A DNA stretch of 64,000 bases, taken from the IMG/VR virus record IMGVR_UViG_3300012344_000001, positions 32,001-96,000 of that record. One strand, written 5' to 3'. A model generated the notes under the pieces. The model had not been told where the DNA came from. It did not search any database and saw nothing but the letters and a program-made list of their open reading frames with translations. Positions within the stretch are counted from its first letter, which is position 1. Each line of letters opens with the position of its first letter. Shown here in pieces: positions 57,275 through 64,000 of the stretch. The translations under genes and the position numbers were made by a program. The stretch comes from a virus (taxonomy: Duplodnaviria > Caudoviricetes).

Positions 57275-57501
57275 ACTACTTTCGCCACCTTTCTTCTGTG
57301 TAAGCGTAGATTGTACGCATCTGCGCTACGCCAATACGGTTCAGAACCTGAGTCGGGATAGATTTTGTCACCAGCGCGCTTATAGTTCGGAACAAGCCTA
57401 ACGCGATTGTCATAGCGGTCAATTTCGACGACCGTGTAAGCATAATGGACGTTTTCCGTAGAAAACAAGATGTCGCCAACGTGATAGTCCCCAATCGTCA
57501 T
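57271..57501 (-). CDS. small SH3-like protein, tag AKVV
   Basis: YHVGDILFS; paralog of 50989; ends VAKVV. Confidence 0.65.
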   Translation of the reverse strand: MTIGDYHVGDILFSTENVHYAYTVVEIDRYDNRVRLVPNYKRAGDKIYPDSGSEPYWRSADAYNLRLHRRKVAKVV

Positions 57502-57734
57502 AATACCACCGCCTTCTTTTGGACTTTTCGACAGAAATTTTCGGGGAATACGGTATACGCGCCGCCAATGTGTGAGAAATGGCGTTGCAGATTATGGTCA
57601 TATTTTTCAACGGTTTGCACTGTGACTGTGCGCGACGCGTCGTTCTTATGCGTAACCTTATAACGATACGTTTTATCTTCGGAATCGGCAATCAAAATAT
57701 CGCCTATGTTGATTTCGTTGTAAGTCACAGTCAC
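57498..57734 (-). CDS. small SH3-like protein, tag AVVL
   Basis: INIGDILIA; ends KAVVL. Confidence 0.65.
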   Translation of the reverse strand: MTVTYNEINIGDILIADSEDKTYRYKVTHKNDASRTVTVQTVEKYDHNLQRHFSHIGGAYTVFPENFCRKVQKKAVVL

Positions 57735-57976
57735 ACCACCTTTGCACCGAAATATACGCCGATTTTGTTCGCTTCTGCCATCGTGCGTTCGCCATGGTCA
57801 ATTCGCCACTTCATAACGCGAAGCAACTGTGCGCGTTTCTTAGGATTGCAATTCCACGCTTCCGTGATAGAATAGCACCTGCCCAATACTTGCTGCATAC
57901 AACAAGTGTTGTTACAGGCCGAACCACCGCAGATAAAGCTACAAACGTTGCTACCCTCAACATTGTCAAAACGCAT
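57731..57976 (-). CDS. small Cys-rich protein, tag AKVV
   Basis: FICGGSACNNTCC; ends GAKVV; promoter 58002-58030. Confidence 0.6.
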   Translation of the reverse strand: MRFDNVEGSNVCSFICGGSACNNTCCMQQVLGRCYSITEAWNCNPKKRAQLLRVMKWRIDHGERTMAEANKIGVYFGAKVV

Positions 57977-58026
57977 GATACTTTCACCACCTTATGATGG
58001 TATTATATCATGCGTTTTAACTTTTG

Positions 58027-61000
58027 TCAAGTGAACTTGGAAGTGACGATATCGTATTCTACAAGGCAATCGCAGTACGTTCCGGTTTGTTCAAAGCCGC
58101 TTTCAGTTTTTCGCCAGTTCGGTCGCTTTTGAAACTTCTTGCAATACAAGATGTCATCTGCCTTAAACTTGTGTTTGCCATAGAATTTTTTGTCCGCTTT
58201 GCACTCTATGGATTTTCCGGTCGCGATACAATACAGCGTAACGCGCGGCGTAAATTTGGTATCTGCCGCCAACACATAGCAGAAGTTTTTCGGAAGTTCG
58301 GGCTGTGTGAACGACACATAGCCAAGATATTCGCGGTCGGCTTGTATGCGTTCTGCCAGCGGCAAATATTCGTCGGGCAAAGACGCTTCAAACGCTTTCA
58401 GTTCAGCGATTCGCGCTTCTTTCGTCTTGGCAACATACGTTTTCTTGTAGCGGTCGAAGAATTTGTCAACGATTGCCAACAGCTTCTTGTTTTTGCCAAA
58501 TTCGCTAAAGAAGCCGATGGTGGTCAGCACCTTGATTTGGCGGGCGTCAACCGTGGTATTTTCGCGAAGATAGACAAGAAGGTCGGCGAACGTGGGAAAA
58601 TCCATGAAGCGGATAGAATAAAGCTGGTCGGCGCAATCGGCAGAAATATATTTGATGGAACCAATTCCTTTGTATATAGTTCTTGTGGATTCATCAAATG
58701 AATATTCCAGCTTCGCGGAACGAAATCTTCCCGGCTTTAGATTTATGCCAAAATATTTCAGTTCCTTCGTTAGCCTTGATGTCTTTTCTTGGTTTCCGTC
58801 GTAAATATTAAATACGACAGTGTAGTAATGAAGCGGATAGTTTTTCTTCAAATACGCTCCATACAGACAATCAAGCGCCGTCGCGGCACCGTGGGGACTG
58901 TTAAACCCATAGTTCATTTGTGCCTGCATATCTGACCACATTTTATCAAATCCGTCGTCTGAACCAGTGTTTTTCTTCCAGTTTTCGCGTAGTCCTTGTT
59001 CGAGTTTTTTGAAATCTTCCGGCTTGATTTTTTTCTTTGAAATCTTCTTTATTAGACCAATAGATTCTGCCGGCGTTACGCCAAGAAACTCGAACATTGA
59101 CATCAGGGATTCTTGGAAGATTACTCTGTGTCCAGTTGGTTCAAGAACTTTGTCTAACGCTTCTGAACCGGTGGTATGTGGCTTTCTCGCAATAAAATCA
59201 TCTCGTTGTGGCGCAAAATTTGGTCGAATTGCACCAACAAACATCGCCAGTTCTTCCATGGAACGCGGCTTATATTTTCGCAACAATGCTGTCGCCCAAT
59301 CTTCGCCAACTTGGTTCAAGGTGCAGGTAATTCCATCGTCAAAAAGTTTCCATGTATCTTCGTCGATATTTTCTAAAAGACGTTTTACGGGCATAATTGG
59401 CTTGCCGATTGATTTGAAAACTTTTGAAATAATGTCCCAAACGCTAACGATAAGATAATCATTTTTAAGATATTTCCACGAATCGGCTTCAGAAGATGTT
59501 ATCATTGCGCACAAGAAATCACCAAGTTTTACAACACCAACCTCTTCTTCGATATCGCAATTCATCAAAAGATGGGCGCATGGATGCACAGACGCGCTTA
59601 CAATCGTACCGACATACTTTTGCGATTCACTAATATAAGCGCCCCATTTTTTGTCGTCGCGATATGCATCAATATCCTTAGACACTTCATTTACTTCGCC
59701 ATATGGTTCACCAGCAGAACGACACACATTCCTAAACGCTTCACTTTCTCCCATAGTACCATACGCCAACATTGGGAAACATCCGTCTTCGCCAAGAAGT
59801 TCGCGACTTGCCTTCACAAAAGGTTCTTGACCGACAACGTTAGCATCGAAATCTGGAAGCGCGTGGTTTTCCAGCAGTCGTGCGGTCGACATAAACCTTT
59901 CGCCGTACATCGGAAGCGTTGTTCTAAGACGATCAATTTGTGTCAAGCCAAGGATTTTATTCAGAATGAACGCACCACACGAATTATGAACAACAATATT
60001 ATTTATTGTGTAACTATGACAACCATCTACTTCCATGTCGTATACCGTGGTCGTCATGTTCTTGTGGATTTCGACAGATGTAACCGGCAAATACCAATAT
60101 TCATCATCTTCTACTAATTTATTTATATTTCGATGATAACCGCCATTTAAGGTTCTTAACTTATAAGATTCGGCGTTTTTATACCCACGAACATCGTCGT
60201 ATGCAAGCCGCACATCTAAAGATACAGGAGAAGAACCGTCTACAATATCATGAAGCGTTTTGTAGGTTCCACAAAGCGATAGCGACGTAGTATCGTAGCA
60301 GACCTTATTATATTCTTTCCCACTGCTACCATCGGCTTTCATCATTCCAATATAAATCCATTTAAGAAGTTCTTTCTTTTGATTCAACAAGTCCTTATTA
60401 AATGTTTTTTGTTTCCCTTTTTTCGACTTGAAGAATTCGGTTGAAAACCACGCGTTCAATATTCCGCTAAACATTGTCATTTGAATAAGGTTTTTGTTTT
60501 TAGCATAATTGTAATATATTGGAATTCCTATTCTTTGCGAAATCTTCTCAAACACATACCTATTGAATCCATTTTTTGTTGTGTTATTTATGGCAAGTCC
60601 TATACCGTTGCTTCTTTGTGTCCATCCGTCTGCATACATAAGTCCGACAAAGGCATTCCACATATAGTCCATAGAAATATACCTTGGTATACGTCTTCTT
60701 ATAAATCCATGTTTCTTACAGTATTTAGAATAGTCTTCCATTGTCTTAAATGGAATATTGTCAAACATATCAGCCAATGATTTTTTCGTTTTGCCGTTCG
60801 TTCCGATTTTTCCATTCACAACACTTAATGCAAATGCCTTGCTTGTAATACCAGCACGACCCAACTCGCTTGGGCTATATGGATATTTCGCTGGGGTTGG
60901 AACAACTTCGTAAATATAATTTTCATCGAATTCATATCCGAAAACATTATATTTATTTAGGTCATATACGATTTCTTCATCGTATTCGTGTTTTAATTTT

Positions 61001-62388
61001 GGACAACAAAGCAAGCTTCCAACAGACAGTTCGTCTGCACAAACGTATTTTCTACACCCATCTTTATAGACAAGTATTTTGTGGTCGGTGGTACAAATAT
61101 TTTTATATTTTTTGTAACTACTTCCTTGGCACCTATATGTAAATTCAATCATGTCTTCGCATATATCATACGACATGGTTTTATTTACCCTGTGCCACAT
61201 TCTATCTTCCGAAAGAACTTCGTCCCCAACAACCACAGAGTCTATTGTCTTCATTGCGTTTGGTGTTCTTATAAGCGCATCTTTTGTAAAACACCCGCGG
61301 CCCGTGCGAGTCAAGACGCCACCATATTTGTTTATAGCCAAGTCGAACAGCTTGTCGTTGAGAAGAAAATAATCAGACGTGTGGACTTCGCTTGTTTCTT
61401 CAATAACCTGCATTTCCTTTCGACATTCGGCGGCATACTTTTTTCTTTCTTCTGGCGTCACTTCATCTTCTTCCATGACCTTGTTAAATTTTTTATTTAC
61501 AATATCCTTCAGAATAACGATTTTTTCTTCTTCCGTCTTGCCTGCGTATATGGTTGGCATCTTGATTGTTCTGTCAATGTTGATGTTTTCGCAGGCGTCG
61601 AACGCAAGCGTGTTATTTATTGCAGAAACAATCTGCGGTCTTGTCAACACGCCCTGTTTTTCAAATCGCGAATACATAACATCAATAGTGGGATAATCAA
61701 GAATAAACGAATCTTCTTCGCCGTAATTTATGCCTTTGCCTTTTAGAAATTCAAGCCGTTCCTTGGCTTGTTCTGGATAAATATAATGACTGTCATTTGC
61801 TGCAATTATATCCAACCCATGTTCTTTTGCGAAGGAAATCGCCTTCTTGTTTATTTCAATCTGATGTTCTTCGTTATGGTTTTGGACTTCAAGGAAAATA
61901 TTTTTGCCAAACTTTTCCACCAATGGAAGAAGAATTTGATTGGTGGCGTCTTCGTCGCGAAGCAACCCCGCCATACATGCCGAAGTAATAAACAGTTCGT
62001 CATCATCAAAATTATCCGTTAAATCAGATAAAAACAGGCGCGGCTTATAATAATACCCGTCCCTGTTTGCGTGGCTACTTGCTTTATTAAGTTTCTTTCG
62101 TGCCACATTTGTCTTGGGAATTAAGATGATATGATAATTTCTATTGTCTTTTTCAAGCGGGTTTGGTACTATATAGCCTTCCATACCGAATTTACAGTCA
62201 AGCCCATACTTGTCACAGACTTCACGCGCTTCGAAGATATCACCACCGCTTCCATGCTCGGTGCTAAATATATTTTTTTCACCAAGTTCAATGGCGCGCT
62301 TGGCATAATCTTCGATTTTAACATTAACATCTGGTGTAAAAATATTTGAAACGTGTGTATGTTTGTGATAATTGTTATACCTATCCAA
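58027..62388 (-). CDS. dnaE: DNA polymerase III alpha subunit with intein
   Basis: PHP HKHTH...TEHG...NDSHY; GRG|intein|S; PDFD; HPCA; KNDYL; YGFNSPH. Confidence 0.95.
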   Translation of the reverse strand: MDRYNNYHKHTHVSNIFTPDVNVKIEDYAKRAIELGEKNIFSTEHGSGGDIFEAREVCDKYGLDCKFGMEGYIVPNPLEKDNRNYHIILIPKTNVARKKLNKASSHANRDGYYYKPRLFLSDLTDNFDDDELFITSACMAGLLRDEDATNQILLPLVEKFGKNIFLEVQNHNEEHQIEINKKAISFAKEHGLDIIAANDSHYIYPEQAKERLEFLKGKGINYGEEDSFILDYPTIDVMYSRFEKQGVLTRPQIVSAINNTLAFDACENINIDRTIKMPTIYAGKTEEEKIVILKDIVNKKFNKVMEEDEVTPEERKKYAAECRKEMQVIEETSEVHTSDYFLLNDKLFDLAINKYGGVLTRTGRGCFTKDALIRTPNAMKTIDSVVVGDEVLSEDRMWHRVNKTMSYDICEDMIEFTYRCQGSSYKKYKNICTTDHKILVYKDGCRKYVCADELSVGSLLCCPKLKHEYDEEIVYDLNKYNVFGYEFDENYIYEVVPTPAKYPYSPSELGRAGITSKAFALSVVNGKIGTNGKTKKSLADMFDNIPFKTMEDYSKYCKKHGFIRRRIPRYISMDYMWNAFVGLMYADGWTQRSNGIGLAINNTTKNGFNRYVFEKISQRIGIPIYYNYAKNKNLIQMTMFSGILNAWFSTEFFKSKKGKQKTFNKDLLNQKKELLKWIYIGMMKADGSSGKEYNKVCYDTTSLSLCGTYKTLHDIVDGSSPVSLDVRLAYDDVRGYKNAESYKLRTLNGGYHRNINKLVEDDEYWYLPVTSVEIHKNMTTTVYDMEVDGCHSYTINNIVVHNSCGAFILNKILGLTQIDRLRTTLPMYGERFMSTARLLENHALPDFDANVVGQEPFVKASRELLGEDGCFPMLAYGTMGESEAFRNVCRSAGEPYGEVNEVSKDIDAYRDDKKWGAYISESQKYVGTIVSASVHPCAHLLMNCDIEEEVGVVKLGDFLCAMITSSEADSWKYLKNDYLIVSVWDIISKVFKSIGKPIMPVKRLLENIDEDTWKLFDDGITCTLNQVGEDWATALLRKYKPRSMEELAMFVGAIRPNFAPQRDDFIARKPHTTGSEALDKVLEPTGHRVIFQESLMSMFEFLGVTPAESIGLIKKISKKKIKPEDFKKLEQGLRENWKKNTGSDDGFDKMWSDMQAQMNYGFNSPHGAATALDCLYGAYLKKNYPLHYYTVVFNIYDGNQEKTSRLTKELKYFGINLKPGRFRSAKLEYSFDESTRTIYKGIGSIKYISADCADQLYSIRFMDFPTFADLLVYLRENTTVDARQIKVLTTIGFFSEFGKNKKLLAIVDKFFDRYKKTYVAKTKEARIAELKAFEASLPDEYLPLAERIQADREYLGYVSFTQPELPKNFCYVLAADTKFTPRVTLYCIATGKSIECKADKKFYGKHKFKADDILYCKKFQKRPNWRKTESGFEQTGTYCDCLVEYDIVTSKFT
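59983..61293 (-). mobile_element. intein (437 aa) with LAGLIDADG-type endonuclease remnants
   Basis: starts CFTKDALI, has TTDHKIL block B, GLMYADG, ends VYDMEV...VVHN followed by Ser. Confidence 0.9.
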
Positions 62389-62393
62389 TCATA

Positions 62394-62600
62394 TCACACC
62401 ACCTTCGCCTGTTTTGGAATAAGTTCAAATTGACCGACATCCATACCGTATATCCATTCAAGTCTTGTGTCATCCTTGCTAATAGACGCAACATTTATTC
62501 GTCCACTTTCTTGTTCCGTTATATCGCACACAAAGAATTTGACGTGGTAACTTGGCTTGGATTTGTCTTTTCCCCACACAATTTGTCCAAGCTTAAACAT
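62394..62600 (-). CDS. small SH3-like protein (MFKLGQIVW family), tag AKVV
   Basis: ends QAKVV. Confidence 0.65.
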   Translation of the reverse strand: MFKLGQIVWGKDKSKPSYHVKFFVCDITEQESGRINVASISKDDTRLEWIYGMDVGQFELIPKQAKVV

Positions 62601-62602
62601 GG

Positions 62603-62779
62603 CTACACCACCTTCGCGGTTTTCTTCTTCACAGGATAAGCCCATATTTTCGTCGCGTTAGCCCACCAGTCTTGTTCGCTGTAAATTTGATACGCCGACG
62701 GAATCCAGTTGGCGGTCGTATTGTTATATTCCGTTCGTGCATAGTCGGTTGCTATAATATAATAATCAATTTTCGCCAT
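62603..62779 (-). CDS. small hypothetical protein, tag AKVV
   Basis: MAKIDYY...; ends TAKVV. Confidence 0.55.
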   Translation of the reverse strand: MAKIDYYIIATDYARTEYNNTTANWIPSAYQIYSEQDWWANATKIWAYPVKKKTAKVV

Positions 62780-63227
62780 CTTTGACCGCCGTTTCTTCGT
62801 CCATAAAATCTTCCGCCACACCATCGCGCGGTTCGACTTCACCCTTAATTCGCGCAAGAAGATATTCCAAATCTTCGATAGATGCTTCATAGAAACTGAT
62901 GTCCCAAATCCAATAATCAGAAAATTGTGGAGCCTTAAATTTTAGCGCATACTTATCGCACCACAGCCTATCCCAAAGTGCCTGTCTGCCTTCGCCAGGT
63001 TTCGCCAGCATATCCATGATTTCATGCACCAGTTTTCCGCGTACCTTGCCCTTATTGTCGTCGTCCCGCGACACATAATCACGCGCATTCTGCGACGTGC
63101 GTACAAACATCGGCTTGCCGCGATAATACAGCATATCACCAACAAGGTCAAGCGACTTTCCATAAGGAATGTTTACATCGCCAGAAATAGACTTAATTCG
63201 CATCCTACGATTTGTAATATATCTCAT
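62766..63227 (-). CDS. hypothetical phage protein
   Basis: MRYITNRR...VNIPYG...SQNARDY..RDDDNKG..RG.L. Confidence 0.65.
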   Translation of the reverse strand: MRYITNRRMRIKSISGDVNIPYGKSLDLVGDMLYYRGKPMFVRTSQNARDYVSRDDDNKGKVRGKLVHEIMDMLAKPGEGRQALWDRLWCDKYALKFKAPQFSDYWIWDISFYEASIEDLEYLLARIKGEVEPRDGVAEDFMDEETAVKDGEN

Positions 63228-63400
63228 TATTTCCCCAGCCTTTCCCCGCAGAACGGGCAATAATTTATATAGATTCTGTCATAGACGAAGTCGTCTTCGT
63301 AGATGTCCCATTCGCCAGTTTCGTGGTCAAGATACCATTCACCGACCGCATCTTGAAAAATCGTGCAATCGTTTGAACCATAGTCGCAGTATTTACACAT
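63223..63400 (-). CDS. small Zn-ribbon protein
   Basis: MCKYC...INYCPFCG; coordinates approximate. Confidence 0.55.
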
Positions 63401-63639
63401 TATATAACCGCCGCCTTTCGATAACGCGCAATAATTTCACGCGCCGTTTCTTCGTCTTTGTCTGTAAGCATAAGTTCATCGCTATTTGGTAAATCAATTA
63501 TTCTTTTTGCGACTTCCACGACTTCTTGGCTTGTTGGTTCGACATCGCAATCGCCATATTTATTCAGCGGACATTCGTCGCACGAATCATAGCGCGAACA
63601 AATAAATTCGTTCAGCAGAAAATATTCTTTGTCATTCAA
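63400..63639 (-). CDS. small Cys-rich protein, tag AAVI
   Basis: FICSRYDSCDECPL; ends KAAVI. Confidence 0.65.
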   Translation of the reverse strand: MNDKEYFLLNEFICSRYDSCDECPLNKYGDCDVEPTSQEVVEVAKRIIDLPNSDELMLTDKDEETAREIIARYRKAAVI

Positions 63640-63851
63640 ACAACCACCGCCTTCATATAGCGCGACAAAATTTCCATTGTCTGCAATCCCGCAACGCCAG
63701 ATTTGCGGTATACAATCAGTGCATACTTCACAAGTTCCTTATCTGGCGTTTCCGTGTTACAGGGGACCCAAGCATCAATAGGGCAAGTGCCGCACGCACC
63801 AAAATTTCCGCAAATATACCTGTGTAAGATTTCGCGTTCATTTGCCGTCAT
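63636..63851 (-). CDS. small Cys-rich protein, tag AVVV
   Basis: YICGNFGACGTCPI; ends KAVVV; promoter 63870-63898. Confidence 0.65.
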   Translation of the reverse strand: MTANEREILHRYICGNFGACGTCPIDAWVPCNTETPDKELVKYALIVYRKSGVAGLQTMEILSRYMKAVVV

Positions 63852-64000
63852 AATATCACCCCTGAAATTATCATAACAAATCAGACGCAATTTGTCAAGT
63901 AATAGTGGCAGAACGGCGCCGCCTTGCAATAGTTCATACACTTACGACTTTCACCCTTGCGCTCTTCGATATAGCAACCTTTCGCGTCATTCAGTTCCAT

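Noticed and set aside
59983-61293. novel insertion domain in DnaE
   Set aside because: Ordinary intein with canonical C...HN|S ends.
30750-63851. C-terminal KVV motif as a pure Shine-Dalgarno overlap artefact
   Set aside because: It explains some copies, but about ten use non-SD codons or have no adjacent downstream gene, and Ala at -4 is retained.

Overview
This window is 64 kb of a large SPbeta-like tailed phage. The host is probably a Firmicute (Clostridia), inferred from the sigmaA-type promoters and Shine-Dalgarno style. 1-15.2 kb (minus strand) is the head/packaging module: major capsid, capsid-associated protein, protease/scaffold, ferritin-like protein, portal, terminase, metallophosphoesterase and HU-like protein. 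It is followed by a YonO-like single-subunit RNA polymerase and nucleotide-metabolism genes. A short plus-strand operon (19.7-25.3 kb) encodes dNMP kinase, ClpP, PhoH and a frameshifted PAPS-reductase-like protein. After a repeat-rich segment (25.3-29.1 kb), a long minus-strand early region carries about 20 consensus sigmaA promoters, dozens of small ORFs, two tRNA-Glu genes, two related candidate structured ncRNAs, peptidases, methyltransferases and an intein-containing DnaE. Mobile elements are two group I introns (one with a LAGLIDADG nuclease, one with TnpB, IStron-like), two further TnpA-less tnpB loci, an HNH nuclease and the intein. The most striking unexplained signal is that about 35 small early proteins from at least three unrelated families share the C-terminal tetrapeptide A-x-[VI]-[VIL]-COOH. 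It is conserved at protein rather than DNA level, suggesting a phage-wide C-terminal tagging (degron or adaptor-docking) system in a genome that also encodes its own ClpP. All calls are from reading the sequence; no database searches were run.
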